The notes beneath the pieces were generated by a model. It searched no databases. It was given only the letters and a program-made list of their open reading frames with translations, and was not told the DNA's origin. From positions 535,160 to 567,159 of the forward strand of contig NZ_CM001976.1 of NCBI RefSeq assembly GCF_000406145.1: a DNA stretch of 32,000 nt, read 5' to 3'. Below, piece after piece: positions 1 through 9,245 of the stretch (the stretch's first letter is position 1; every line of letters starts with the position of its first letter). Source of the stretch: Dickeya dadantii NCPPB 898 (GTDB lineage Bacteria; Pseudomonadota; Gammaproteobacteria; Enterobacterales; Enterobacteriaceae). The translations under genes were made by a program, and so were the position numbers.

Positions 1-2
1 TG

Positions 3-410
3 CGTTGTCTGACGCCGCACACGCGCGAGCGGGCGCGGCAACTGATTGGCGAGTATGTGCAGGCGGTGCCGCAGCCGATGGGGGTACAAAGCGAGTTGCG
101 CTGGCGGAATGGTTATCCGGTAACGCAGAACCAGCCCGATGCGGCCGAGACGGTGCGCGAGGCGGCGATCGCGGCGTTGGGCACAACGCGGGTGCACTGG
201 AATCAGCCCCCTTCAATGGCGGCGGAAGATTTCTCTTACCTGCTACAGGCCTGCCCCGGCGCTTATTTCTGGCTGGGCGCGGACGGCGCATCGCCATCGG
301 CTTCGCTGCACAATGCGGAATACGATTTTAACGATGAGATTATCGCCAGCGGTGTTCGGGTGTGGGTGGCGCTGGTGGAGCGGTCGTTGCGTGCAAGCGA
401 GGCCGGTTGA
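3..410 (+). CDS. M20-family amidohydrolase (hippurate hydrolase / N-acyl-amino-acid amidohydrolase-like), 3' fragment; gene starts upstream of the window
   Basis: Frame 3 is open from the window edge to the TGA at 408-410. The tail ...MAAEDFSYLLQACPGAYFWLGADG...LHNAEYDFNDEII... matches the conserved C-terminal region of M20D amidohydrolases as I recall it. Confidence 0.7.
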   Translation, partial: RCLTPHTRERARQLIGEYVQAVPQPMGVQSELRWRNGYPVTQNQPDAAETVREAAIAALGTTRVHWNQPPSMAAEDFSYLLQACPGAYFWLGADGASPSASLHNAEYDFNDEIIASGVRVWVALVERSLRASEAG

Positions 411-437
411 TAACGACGATACAACCGGCTCTGATGC

Positions 438-680
438 TTAACGACCGATACTTCTCAACTGGGCGCAAAACGGGCAGGTGCAGCCGCTGACCGATGTGGC
501 ATCGCAGATACCCAATTGACCGGCTTGCTGGCCGGTAGCGACATGACCGTTGCTGAATGCCGTTTCCACCTGCGCCAGCTTCATGGCGTCATTCGGGTTG
601 ATCGGCGCCAGTTTGGCCTGAAACGCCGAAGCGTTGGCCGCCGCAAATGAGAGAAAAACCAGCGACATCCTGAGTTTCAT
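438..680 (-). CDS. small exported Cys-rich protein (80 aa), unknown family
   Basis: An internal ATG at 680 of the 438..818 ORF gives MKLRMSLVFLSFAAANASA/FQ..., a classic Sec signal peptide. The mature ~58 aa ends in C-x8-C-x-C-x2-C (ICDATSVSGCTCPFCAQL). A Zur-box-like 14-mer lies 57-70 nt upstream. The longer upstream extension has no signal-peptide logic. Confidence 0.55.
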   Translation of the reverse strand: MKLRMSLVFLSFAAANASAFQAKLAPINPNDAMKLAQVETAFSNGHVATGQQAGQLGICDATSVSGCTCPFCAQLRSIGR

Positions 681-736
681 GACAGACCGCCTGTGGGTTG
701 CAAAGTAAATCATGGTGCGAAGGAATAATGACGGTT

Positions 737-750
737 TGTTATAACATAAC
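737..750. promoter_or_regulatory. Zur-box-like operator copy 1 (TGTTATAACATAAC) upstream of the small Cys-rich gene
   Basis: The 14-mer is identical to 872-885. The core TGTTATAACA is a perfect 10-bp palindrome and resembles the gammaproteobacterial Zur box core GTTATAwTATAAC (from memory). Confidence 0.45.
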
Positions 751-858
751 CTTTTCTGCTGCGCATCCCTCGTCTTCATCCCCCAATCGTACAGTTTGTA
801 AGCGTTCATGACGGCCACGCGGCCGTATCCGCCGACAGGGTTGACCGCGTTTTGTGGT

Positions 859-894
859 CTTTATTTTGTTATGTTATAACATAACAAAATAAAG
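859..894. promoter_or_regulatory. 36-bp perfect palindrome containing Zur-box-like operator copy 2, overlapping a candidate -10 of the ABC operon
   Basis: CTTTATTTTGTTATGTTA|TAACATAACAAAATAAAG was checked base by base as a perfect inverted repeat. A candidate -35 TTGTGG (852-857), a 17-nt spacer and a -10 TATAAC (875-880) lie inside it. The RBS AGGAGG is at 899-904. Confidence 0.55.
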
Positions 895-913
895 TGTCAG
901 GAGGCGTTCTCGA

Positions 914-1729
914 ATGTGGCAGGCCATGCCGCCTTTACTGCGGGTAGAACATTTGAACGTGGCGCATTACGCCGGCCAGCCTTTGCTTACCGATATTCAT
1001 TTTACGGTCGGGAGCGGGGAGTGCCTGGCGATTGTCGGCCCTAACGGCAGCGGCAAATCCACGCTGTTGCGTGCGTTGCTGCACGACCCGCCGCCGGCAA
1101 GCGGCTGTGTCTGGCTGGGCGATAAACCGCTGGCGCAGCTGTCCCGGGCGCAACGGGCGCGACGTATCGCGCTGATGAGCCAGCATGACTCCCCCAGTCT
1201 CGCGTTAACGGTGGAGGAGTACGTGTCGCTTGGCTGTTTGCCGCATGCGAATGCGCTGTCGCTGTCGGCGCAACAAGCCACGGTGGCGCAGGTGCTGGAT
1301 GAAACCGGCTTGTCGCCACTACGGCAGCGCAGCCTGGCGGCGCTGTCCGGCGGGGAGCGTCAGCGGGCGTTTCTGGCGCGCGCGCTGGCGCAGCGCCCGG
1401 ATCTGCTGCTGCTGGACGAACCGACCAACCATCTCGACCCGCCTGGTCGAGCGGCGCTGCTGGCGCTGGTGCGGCAGCGCGGCATCGCCGTGGTGGCGGT
1501 ATTACACGATTTGTCGCTGGTGGAGCCGTTCGCCGATCGGGTGCTGGTGCTGTGTCAGGGCCGACAGGCATGTTGGGATGTGCCGTCGCGGGCGCTCGCC
1601 AGCGATTGTATCTACCCGGTGTTCGGCATTCGCAGCTTCACGGTTCCGCATCCGGAAACCGGCCTGCCGTTTCGCTTGTTTGACGCGCCCGCAGGCGCGT
1701 GTGGATTCATTACCAGAGGAAGTCTATGA
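914..1729 (+). CDS. ABC transporter ATP-binding protein, FepC/FhuC/BtuD-like (metal-chelate importer)
   Basis: It has Walker A GPNGSGKST, the signature LSGGERQR and Walker B LLLLDEP followed by TNHLD. AGGAGG lies 9 nt upstream of the ATG. Confidence 0.9.
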   Translation: MWQAMPPLLRVEHLNVAHYAGQPLLTDIHFTVGSGECLAIVGPNGSGKSTLLRALLHDPPPASGCVWLGDKPLAQLSRAQRARRIALMSQHDSPSLALTVEEYVSLGCLPHANALSLSAQQATVAQVLDETGLSPLRQRSLAALSGGERQRAFLARALAQRPDLLLLDEPTNHLDPPGRAALLALVRQRGIAVVAVLHDLSLVEPFADRVLVLCQGRQACWDVPSRALASDCIYPVFGIRSFTVPHPETGLPFRLFDAPAGACGFITRGSL

Positions 1730-2718
1730 AAATATCATGCGGCGGTGCGTCGCTAGTTAACGGTTCGGCCGCGTTGATGGGGCTGTTGTTGGGATTGAGC
1801 GCCGTCACGGCGCAGGCGTCGGGGTTCCCGGTGACGGTACAGAGTTGCGGTAAGCCGCTGACCTTCACCCAGGCGCCGCAGCGCGCCATCATCAACGATC
1901 TCAACATGTCCGAAATGGCGTTTGCGCTGCATCTGCAACCGCAGATTGTCGGCCTGACCGGCATCAGCGGCTGGTACAAGATGACGCCGGAATTCCGCCG
2001 GCAAATGGGGACGATTCCGGAGTTGTCGCCGAAATACCCGTCGCTGGAAACCTTGCTGGCTGCCAGTCCGGATTTCTTCTTCGCCGGCTGGAACTACGGC
2101 ATGAAAGTGGGCGGCGACGTCACGCCGGACACGCTGGCGAAATACGGCGTCAAAACGCTGGTGCTGAGTGAAAGCTGTATTTTTGAAGACCAGCATCGTC
2201 CGCGCGCCAGCATGGATTTGCTGTACGGCGACGAACTGACGCTGGGGAAAATTTTCGGCCGCGAGGAACAGGCGCAGGCGCTGGTGGAACAGTGGAAGGC
2301 ACGGCTGGCGGCCTTGCCTACACCGCCGTCGGGTCAGGCGCCGCTCAAGGTATTCGTCTATGACTCCGGCGAGGATAAACCCTTTACCAGCGGCGTTTAC
2401 GCCATGCCGACCGCCATTATCGACGCCGCGGGCGGCCGCAATGTAATGGACGGTATGGCGGCAAGCTGGGCCACCACCTCCTGGGAAACGGTGGCAGCGG
2501 CGGAGCCGGATCTGATCATTCTGCTGGATTACCAGAACGGCGGCGGCGCGGCGGCGTTGCAGCATTTTCTGGAGGCTCACCCGCTGATGAAACACACCCC
2601 GGCGGTGGCGCATCAGCGCTATCTGAAGCTGCAATACGCCGAGCTGACGCCGGGGCCGGCCAATATCGACGCGATTGAAAAGCTCGCTCACGCGCTCTAT
2701 CCGGCTGCGGCCCGATGA
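1726..2718 (+). CDS. periplasmic substrate-binding protein of the metal-chelate (Peripla_BP_2 / TroA-like) ABC importer
   Basis: The ATG at 1726 overlaps the ATPase stop (ATGA) and is preceded by AGAGGA. The N-terminus MKISCGGASLVNGSAALMGLLLGLSAVTAQA is signal-like. Size and position between a FecCD permease and the ATPase fit. The family call rests on context plus general resemblance. Confidence 0.8.
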   Translation: MKISCGGASLVNGSAALMGLLLGLSAVTAQASGFPVTVQSCGKPLTFTQAPQRAIINDLNMSEMAFALHLQPQIVGLTGISGWYKMTPEFRRQMGTIPELSPKYPSLETLLAASPDFFFAGWNYGMKVGGDVTPDTLAKYGVKTLVLSESCIFEDQHRPRASMDLLYGDELTLGKIFGREEQAQALVEQWKARLAALPTPPSGQAPLKVFVYDSGEDKPFTSGVYAMPTAIIDAAGGRNVMDGMAASWATTSWETVAAAEPDLIILLDYQNGGGAAALQHFLEAHPLMKHTPAVAHQRYLKLQYAELTPGPANIDAIEKLAHALYPAAAR

Positions 2719-3713
2719 GGGCGCGCCGTCATTACACGCTGATCTGCCTGCTGATAGTAACCCTGCTTCTGGCGATGATGCTGTTCAGCACCGCGGTGGG
2801 CGCTATCCGTATTCCGCTGGCGCAGGTGCTGGCGGCGCTGACGCCGGATCACGGCGACGCGCCGGACAGCGTGCGCCGCATCGTGCTGGAACTGCGCCTG
2901 CCGCGCACCCTGCTGGCGGCGATCACCGGCGCCGGGCTGGCGATGGTCGGCGCACTGCTGCAAACCACCACCCGCAACGATCTGGCGGATCCGTTTCTGT
3001 TCGGCTTGTCCTCCGGCGCGTCGGCGGGCGCGGTGCTGGTGATCACCCGTTTTGGCGAATGGTTCGGCGCGTTCACGCTGCCGGTCGCGGCGTTTGGCGG
3101 CGGCATTTGCTCGGCGCTGGCGGTGATGCTGCTGTTTTTCCTACGACAGGGACGGCAGGCCGAGCATCTGGTGATCTGCGGGCTGGCTATTTCGTTTTTG
3201 TTTGGCGCGCTCACCAGTTATCTGGCGTTCTCCGGCGACCAGCGTGCCGCCAGTTCGGTGCTGTTCTGGTCGCTGGGCGGGCTGGGGCTGGCGCGCTGGG
3301 AAAATCTGCCAGTGGCGTTAAGTAGCCTGGCGTTGCTGGTTGGGTTAGTGCTGGCGCGCTGGCGGGCGCTGGATAGCCTGCTGGCCGGGGAGCAGACGGC
3401 GGCGTCGCTGGGGGTTCACGTCAACCGGTTGCGGATCGACGTGTTTCTGTGTTGCGCGCTGGCGACGGCATTGCTGGTGTCGCTGACCGGCGTGATCGGG
3501 TTTGTCGGGCTGATGGTGCCGCATCTGTGCCGCCCGCTGGCCGGGGCGCGCCATCGGCGGCTGATCCCGCTGTGTGGCTTGCTGGGGGCGGCGCTGCTGT
3601 GCGGCGGCGATACCCTCAGCCGGGTGTTGCTGCCGTCGCAGGAACTGCCGGTGGGGATTGTTACCGCCGGGTTGGGAGGCGTTTTCGTGATTGTTCTGCT
3701 GGCAAAACGTTAG
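2715..3713 (+). CDS. FecCD-family ABC permease
   Basis: It shows ATGA start/stop overlap with the SBP gene. The protein is polytopic with typical FecCD/BtuC features ([36 protein letters not shown]). Confidence 0.9.
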   Translation: MRARRHYTLICLLIVTLLLAMMLFSTAVGAIRIPLAQVLAALTPDHGDAPDSVRRIVLELRLPRTLLAAITGAGLAMVGALLQTTTRNDLADPFLFGLSSGASAGAVLVITRFGEWFGAFTLPVAAFGGGICSALAVMLLFFLRQGRQAEHLVICGLAISFLFGALTSYLAFSGDQRAASSVLFWSLGGLGLARWENLPVALSSLALLVGLVLARWRALDSLLAGEQTAASLGVHVNRLRIDVFLCCALATALLVSLTGVIGFVGLMVPHLCRPLAGARHRRLIPLCGLLGAALLCGGDTLSRVLLPSQELPVGIVTAGLGGVFVIVLLAKR

Positions 3714-3817
3714 GTATTGCTTATCGATTTGATAAAGACAACGCATTAGCGACATACGTCACATTTTTGTATCTTACATCTCAAGCCAAACACATTCGAA
3801 CACATGAGGAAACTGAG
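3714..3817 (+). promoter_or_regulatory. ahpC promoter region with possible OxyR-type dyad
   Basis: The intergenic region upstream of ahpC contains the dyad TTATCGATTTGATAA and a possible -10 TATCTT. OxyR control of ahpCF is established in enterics, but the site call here is weak. Confidence 0.3.
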
Positions 3818-4381
3818 ATGTCCGTTATCAATACTAAAGTTAAACCGTTTAAAAACCAGGCCTTTAAAGATGGTCAGTTCATCGAAGTGACCGAGAAAAG
3901 CATCGAAGGCAAATGGAGCGTGTTCTTCTTCTATCCGGCTGACTTTACGTTTGTCTGCCCGACCGAATTGGGCGACGTAGCGGATTATTACGACGAGTTC
4001 CAGAAAATCGGCGTAGATATCTACTCTGTGTCCACCGACACCCACTTTACTCACAAAGCCTGGCACGGCAGCTCCGACACCATCGCCAAAATCAAATACG
4101 CGATGATCGGCGACCCGACCTGCCAGCTGACCCGCAACTTCGAAAACCTGCGTGAAGACCAGGGTCTGGCTGACCGCGGCACCTTCATCGTTGACCCGGA
4201 AGGCATCATCCAGGCGGTGGAAATCACGGCGGAAGGCATCGGCCGCGACGCGTCCGACCTGCTGCGCAAAGTGAAAGCCGCTCAGTACGTGGCGTCTCAC
4301 CCAGGTGAAGTGTGCCCGGCTAAATGGAAAGAAGGCGATGCTACGCTGGCGCCGTCTCTGGACCTGGTTGGCAAAATCTAA
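3818..4381 (+). CDS. ahpC: alkyl hydroperoxide reductase subunit C (2-Cys peroxiredoxin)
   Basis: The 187-aa protein [17 protein letters not shown]...[18 protein letters not shown]...[25 protein letters not shown] is near-identical in layout to E. coli AhpC. The RBS GAGGAA lies upstream. Confidence 0.97.
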   Translation: MSVINTKVKPFKNQAFKDGQFIEVTEKSIEGKWSVFFFYPADFTFVCPTELGDVADYYDEFQKIGVDIYSVSTDTHFTHKAWHGSSDTIAKIKYAMIGDPTCQLTRNFENLREDQGLADRGTFIVDPEGIIQAVEITAEGIGRDASDLLRKVKAAQYVASHPGEVCPAKWKEGDATLAPSLDLVGKI

Positions 4382-4406
4382 GTCCGACTCTCTCTCTGAT
4401 GCTTTT

Positions 4407-4432
4407 ATCGGGTGCGTTGCACCCGATTTTTT
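4407..4432 (+). terminator. stem-loop plus T-run between ahpC and ahpF (partial terminator/attenuator)
   Basis: ATCGGGTGC-gtt-GCACCCGAT is followed by TTTTT. Confidence 0.7.
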
Positions 4433-4454
4433 ACGCCAACGCCAAGGATAATCT

Positions 4455-6017
4455 ATGCTCGACAATAATATGCAGCTCCAGTTGAAAGCCTATCTGGAAA
4501 AATTAACCAAACCTGTTGAGTTAGTGGCGACGCTGGACGACTCAGCCAAATCCGCTGAAGTTCGGGAACTGCTGACCGAAATCGCCGGGTTGTCCGATAA
4601 AGTCAGTTTCTTTGAAAATAACGATCTGCCGGTGCGTAAGCCTTCGTTCCTGATAACCAATCCGGGGTCGGCCAACGGGCCGCGTTTTGCCGGTGCGCCG
4701 ATGGGACATGAATTTACCTCGCTGGTGCTGGCGTTGCTGCAAACCGGTGGTCACCCGTCGAAAGAAGCGAAAGAATTACTCGATCAAATCCGCGATCTGG
4801 ACGGTAAGTTCCACTTTGAAACCTATTACTCGCTGACCTGCCACAACTGCCCGGATGTGGTGCAGGCGCTGAATTTAATGTCCGTTCTGAACCCGAACGT
4901 CACCCACACCGCGATTGACGGCGGCGTGTTTCAGGATGAGATCAAAGACCGCAATATCATGGGGGTGCCCACGGTATTCCTCAACGGCGAACATTTCAGC
5001 CAGGGCCGCATGAGCCTGGGGGAAATCGTCGGTAAGATCGACACCGGCGCCAACGCCCGCGTGGTCGACAAGCTGAACAGCCGCCCGGTGTATGACGTGC
5101 TGATCGTCGGCAGTGGCCCGGCGGGCGCGGCAGCGGCCGTATACGCGGCCCGTAAGGGGATCCGCACCGGTCTGATGGGCGAGCGTTTCGGCGGCCAGAT
5201 TCTGGATACCGTCGATATCGAAAACTACATTTCGGTGCCGAAGACCGAAGGCGCCAAACTGGCGACCGCGCTGAAAACCCACGTGGACGACTACGATGTC
5301 GATGTTATCGATCTGCAGAGCGCGCAGAAACTGATTCCGGCTTCCGAACCGGGTCAGCCGCACCAGATTGAAACCGTCTCCGGCGCGGTGCTGAAATCCC
5401 GCAGCATCATCATTGCCACCGGCGCGCGCTGGCGCAACATGAACGTGCCGGGCGAAGATCAGTACCGCACCCGCGGCGTGACCTATTGCCCGCACTGCGA
5501 CGGCCCGCTGTTTAAAGGTAAGCACGTGGCGGTGATCGGCGGCGGCAACTCTGGCGTGGAAGCGGCCATCGACCTGGCGGGTGTGGTGAAACATGTGACC
5601 CTGCTGGAGTTCGCGCCGGAGCTGAAAGCGGATTCGGTGTTGCAGAACAAACTGCGCAGCCTGCCGAACGTGGACGTTATCGTGAACGCCCAGACCAGCG
5701 AAGTGCTGGGCGACGGCCAGAAAGTCACCGGCCTGCAGTACAAGGATCGCGTTACTGACAGCGTTCACAAGCTGGCGCTGGAAGGGATTTTCGTGCAGAT
5801 CGGCCTGCTGCCAAACACCGGCTGGCTGGAAGGCGCGGTTGACCGCAACCGTATTGGTGAAATCGAGATCGATGCCCGCTGCGAAACCAGCGTGAAAGGC
5901 GTATTTGCGGCGGGCGACTGCACCACCGTGCCTTACAAGCAGATCATTATCGCCACCGGCGAAGGCGCCAAGGCTTCCCTGAGCGCGTTTGATTATCTGA
6001 TCAGAACCCAGGCGTGA
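4455..6017 (+). CDS. ahpF: alkyl hydroperoxide reductase subunit F
   Basis: The 520-aa protein has CHNCPD in the N-terminal thioredoxin-like domain, the FAD motif [10 protein letters not shown], the redox CPHCDG and the NAD motif [10 protein letters not shown]. Confidence 0.97.
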   Translation: MLDNNMQLQLKAYLEKLTKPVELVATLDDSAKSAEVRELLTEIAGLSDKVSFFENNDLPVRKPSFLITNPGSANGPRFAGAPMGHEFTSLVLALLQTGGHPSKEAKELLDQIRDLDGKFHFETYYSLTCHNCPDVVQALNLMSVLNPNVTHTAIDGGVFQDEIKDRNIMGVPTVFLNGEHFSQGRMSLGEIVGKIDTGANARVVDKLNSRPVYDVLIVGSGPAGAAAAVYAARKGIRTGLMGERFGGQILDTVDIENYISVPKTEGAKLATALKTHVDDYDVDVIDLQSAQKLIPASEPGQPHQIETVSGAVLKSRSIIIATGARWRNMNVPGEDQYRTRGVTYCPHCDGPLFKGKHVAVIGGGNSGVEAAIDLAGVVKHVTLLEFAPELKADSVLQNKLRSLPNVDVIVNAQTSEVLGDGQKVTGLQYKDRVTDSVHKLALEGIFVQIGLLPNTGWLEGAVDRNRIGEIEIDARCETSVKGVFAAGDCTTVPYKQIIIATGEGAKASLSAFDYLIRTQA

Positions 6018-6114
6018 TTTGCGCGGGTCCGAACCCTGTTCCATCCTGTGGCCTGACCGGCCACTTTCGGGCTGTTACCCTCATGCGTTAACCTGATCTT
6101 TCAGGCGACCCGAC

Positions 6115-6144
6115 CCCCTTCAGCTGGTCTGAAGGGTTTTTTTT
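6115..6144 (+). terminator. rho-independent terminator of ahpF
   Basis: CCCCTTCAG-ctggt-CTGAAGGG is followed by TTTTTTTT. Confidence 0.75.
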
Positions 6145-6156
6145 ACGGATAGCCCA

Positions 6157-6987
6157 TCAGGCGGTCAGCGGCACAGTGATGACCGGCTGGCCGACGTTAA
6201 ACTGGGTATCGAACGCGAACATATCGTTGAAGACGCAGAACTCCGGCACGCCCACTTCCAGCACCGGCACCTGCTGTTGCAGATAGCGCAGGCACGCCTG
6301 CTGAACTTTCAGATACGCTTCCGATTCCTCTTCCGTCATCCAGCGCACCAGATATCCCAACGTAACGTGAAAGCGATAGGTATCGTGGTCCGGCGCGCGG
6401 ATCGCCAGCCGTTCGGACAGCCGATCCCGCAGGGTGCGCAACTTGCGTTCTTCATTGTCATCCGCCGGCGTCAGGCGCAGCGTGGCGCCGGAGTCCTGCC
6501 GGGCGTTGAAGTCGGTGATACGCAGTTTAAACGGCAGCGTGGCTTGCAGATCGAATCCCACCAGCTTACGCGCCAGATGGTCGGTACAGCTTTGCATGGG
6601 CGCGTCGGTCGGCAGGTCGGCCGGCCAGAACGGTAATTTGCGTTTGGATTCGGTCACGCCTTCAAACACCGTCATGTGGTAACTGGAGGGCGGGGTGAAG
6701 GCCAGGCTGGGGCTGAAATCCTGCTGTCTGAGCGTATCGCGCACCGCGGTAAAGGCATTCGACGCGCTAGAACCCAGTGGGATGTGGGAAATAATGGTGT
6801 TGCCGGGGAAGCGCCTGACGCTGCCGTCGGGATTGAATTTGCCGCCGATGTCGCGCGGCGTGGGCACCAGAGAACCGGATGGGCGCATGGTTCTGAACGT
6901 GTCGTCGGCTCTGGCGTTGGCGAACAACGACATACCGTAAGCCAGCAACGGCAATTGTAAGACGAAGCGGCGGCGTAACGGGTTCAT
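6157..6987 (-). CDS. 2H-phosphoesterase-superfamily-like protein (DUF1868-like) with a twin-arginine signal
   Basis: The N-terminus is MNPLRRRFVLQLPLLAYGMSLFANA/RAD (RRxF plus h-region plus ANA). Two H-x-T motifs (YHMTVFEG and FHVTLGY) are the hallmark of 2H phosphoesterases. Confidence 0.6.
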   Translation of the reverse strand: MNPLRRRFVLQLPLLAYGMSLFANARADDTFRTMRPSGSLVPTPRDIGGKFNPDGSVRRFPGNTIISHIPLGSSASNAFTAVRDTLRQQDFSPSLAFTPPSSYHMTVFEGVTESKRKLPFWPADLPTDAPMQSCTDHLARKLVGFDLQATLPFKLRITDFNARQDSGATLRLTPADDNEERKLRTLRDRLSERLAIRAPDHDTYRFHVTLGYLVRWMTEEESEAYLKVQQACLRYLQQQVPVLEVGVPEFCVFNDMFAFDTQFNVGQPVITVPLTA

Positions 6988-7221
6988 AGCTCCTCCCTGT
7001 GGTTGACGATGGATAGATATGGATAGATGTGCTGTCCGCCTAGGTTAGGCGCACTTTGGTGACGGGTAAATTTCACGCAACCATGAAGTTGTAAGCGGAT
7101 CTTAATCGCGCCGGACCTGACATGTTGCTGTCATCGACCAGTGACAGAGTGACATTTTGGCTTCGTCACGCTTGTTGACGCCAGTTTTTCCATTGACTTC
7201 ACCGCACCAGGAAAACCGATT

Positions 7222-7902
7222 ATGTGCCCTCAACCGCCATCGCCGGTGCTCAGCCCGGAACCCCGCCTTGCCAGTGATGTAAAAGCTCACCATATCGAAT
7301 TGGGACGTTGGACCGAAGTGGCTGAACGTACCGTACTCAACCATGTTTCGCTGGGTGATTACAGCTACATCATGAACGATTGCGACCTGATGTTTACCCG
7401 CATCGGCAAATTTACCTCGATCGCCTCGCATGTGCGCATCAATCCCAGCAACCACCCGTGGTGGCGGCCGACGCTGCATCATTTCACCTATCGCCCCGGT
7501 AAATACCGCCTGAGCGATAACCCGGCGACGGTGGACGAGGAAATTTTCACCTGGCGCCAGCAGGATAACGTGGTGATCGGCCATGATGTCTGGATCGGTC
7601 ATGGCGCGATCGTGCTGCCGGGCGTGACCATCGGCAACGGCGCCATTGTCGGAGCGGGCAGCATCGTGACCAAATCGGTACCGGCCTGGACGGTGGTGGT
7701 CGGCAACCCGGCGCGGGTGCTGCGTCCGCGCTTTGAAGACCCGGCGGTAGCGGAAAAGCTGGAGCAACTGAGCTGGTGGGACTGGCCGGACGAGAAGATC
7801 CGCGATCATCTCCACCTGTTCCAGCAGGATGTGACCGCGTTTGTCGACTATTTCTATCGCGACCCGTCGCTCCCGATTCAATCTGATCAACTGCCGCGGT
7901 AG
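7222..7902 (+). CDS. hexapeptide-repeat acetyltransferase (XAT/CatB-like; resembles the phosphonate-associated transferase branch)
   Basis: Left-handed beta-helix repeats are present: [52 protein letters not shown]. The 3' end overlaps the convergent hiuH by 16 nt. Confidence 0.8.
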   Translation: MCPQPPSPVLSPEPRLASDVKAHHIELGRWTEVAERTVLNHVSLGDYSYIMNDCDLMFTRIGKFTSIASHVRINPSNHPWWRPTLHHFTYRPGKYRLSDNPATVDEEIFTWRQQDNVVIGHDVWIGHGAIVLPGVTIGNGAIVGAGSIVTKSVPAWTVVVGNPARVLRPRFEDPAVAEKLEQLSWWDWPDEKIRDHLHLFQQDVTAFVDYFYRDPSLPIQSDQLPR

Positions 7903-8219
7903 GTAGACCACGACCAGGGCGAAATCAGAAACGGCAGGTGGTAATGCCCGGCGTCGCCGAGGCGCACGTCAATCTGCGCGCTCACGTACAACGCTTCCCG
8001 GTTGCCGGCGGCAAACCAGCGGCCGATATCTGCCGTCAGGCGGTAGTGACCGGCGGGCAGCGGGTCGGGCGTGAAGCTGGCGATGCGGCCGTCATCGTCG
8101 GTATGATGCCGCGCCACCGGTTGCCAGCTGTCGTGCACTCGCCGCTCCAGCAGCACAAGGACGCCCGCCGCCGGCTGGCCCAGCGCCGTATCCAGAATGT
8201 GGGTGCTAAGCGTACTCAT
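7887..8219 (-). CDS. hiuH: 5-hydroxyisourate hydrolase (transthyretin-like)
   Basis: The 110-aa protein has an N-terminal LSTHILDT and the diagnostic C-terminal tetrapeptide YRGS. Its start overlaps the uraD stop. Confidence 0.9.
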   Translation of the reverse strand: MSTLSTHILDTALGQPAAGVLVLLERRVHDSWQPVARHHTDDDGRIASFTPDPLPAGHYRLTADIGRWFAAGNREALYVSAQIDVRLGDAGHYHLPFLISPWSWSTYRGS

Positions 8220-8716
8220 TCGCCGATCGTTCCTTCCAGTCTGAGCAGGGTAATCTGGCGCAACTGTTCCAGCGCTTCCGCCGTTTCCTGCTGAGGCGTG
8301 TTTTGCAGCCGGCGATGCAGAATTTGCAGGATTTCTTCGCCGCTGCGGCCTTTGGCGCGAATCAGAAACACCCGGCCAAACTGAGATTCGTAACGGGCGT
8401 TGCCCGTCCGTAATGCGTTGGTCAGCGTGTTATCGTTGGTGCGCACCACCGCCTGTTCCTGACGGGACAAACCGGCTTCCGGCGTCGCACTGTGCGCCGG
8501 CTCGCCGATGCGCGGGTGCGTGCGCAACGCCTGAGCCAGTTCTTCTTCCTGCCAGCCTTTAGTCGCCTGTAATCCGGCCGCCAGCAACGCCGCACGGTTG
8601 CCGTAGGGCCGGCCGGCGGTGACCTGTTTGGCCCAGCCGGGCAGGGCCACGCACGGTGTTAGCAGCGCCACCGCTTCGCTGACATTGAGCAGATTAAACT
8701 GTTCTAACGTGATCAT
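8216..8716 (-). CDS. uraD: OHCU decarboxylase (2-oxo-4-hydroxy-4-carboxy-5-ureidoimidazoline decarboxylase)
   Basis: It is 166 aa with the HPRIGE motif and is translationally coupled to hiuH, the next step of urate catabolism. Confidence 0.85.
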   Translation of the reverse strand: MITLEQFNLLNVSEAVALLTPCVALPGWAKQVTAGRPYGNRAALLAAGLQATKGWQEEELAQALRTHPRIGEPAHSATPEAGLSRQEQAVVRTNDNTLTNALRTGNARYESQFGRVFLIRAKGRSGEEILQILHRRLQNTPQQETAEALEQLRQITLLRLEGTIGE

Positions 8717-9245
8717 CGTCGCTCCTTGTTCGGTTGTCTTGACGCAATACGACGTGAATTCCCTGTTGTCACGCCGGTTTCGTAGGATAGGATTTTGTCA
8801 TTGCAACTAGCGTGCCAGCTATAACCTGACCGGCAGGTTGGAAACCGTTGTAGCCCGCTGCATACAATCGGCTCACGGTAGCGCAACGCACTGCACTGTA
8901 GTGGTGCGGTCGGGGGCATGGTGCAATCATGGTGCAGTGTGTCTGGTGTCATTCGTTACCGTATGACTCGGTTGTGGGGGCTGAAGGCTTCTGTCGGCGT
9001 TGTCGGCCGCCGGTTGTTGCTCTGTTTTTGAAGTGAGTAATCACTAATTTGATGGGGCGCTTTATAGCTAGCGGCACTGCTGACTGAGCGGCGGGCTATC
9101 AGCAGCCCGCCTGATGGAATGAGACACTGAAAGTTGGTGAGTGCTTATTTACTTTGTGGTAAATAGCCTGTTGCAGACACTGCGCTGGCAAATAGCCCGC
9201 TAACAGAGGCCCCGGCGATGTGTCTCCTGCCTGCCCACTGCGTGG

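Noticed and set aside
4875-6044. A 389-aa ORF lies antisense to ahpF. Similar long antisense or alternative-frame ORFs occur at 1041..1571, 1753..2691, 3746..4465, 7102..7911, 10179..11201 and 12442..13269.
   Set aside because: Each lies fully inside a gene whose product has strong, motif-level family support on the other strand or frame. Their translations are Arg/Ala/Gly/Pro-rich low-complexity strings, typical of open antisense frames in GC-rich DNA.
8713-8952. A 79-aa ORF on the minus strand lies upstream of uraD.
   Set aside because: It overlaps the uraD start region, has no RBS, and its composition is not protein-like. It is treated as non-coding.
9090-9111. The GC hairpin GGCGGGCT-atcagc-AGCCCGCC was considered as the zntA terminator.
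   Set aside because: It has no U-tract on either strand and lies about 135 nt beyond the zntA stop. It is kept only as a structural note in the non-coding-region finding.
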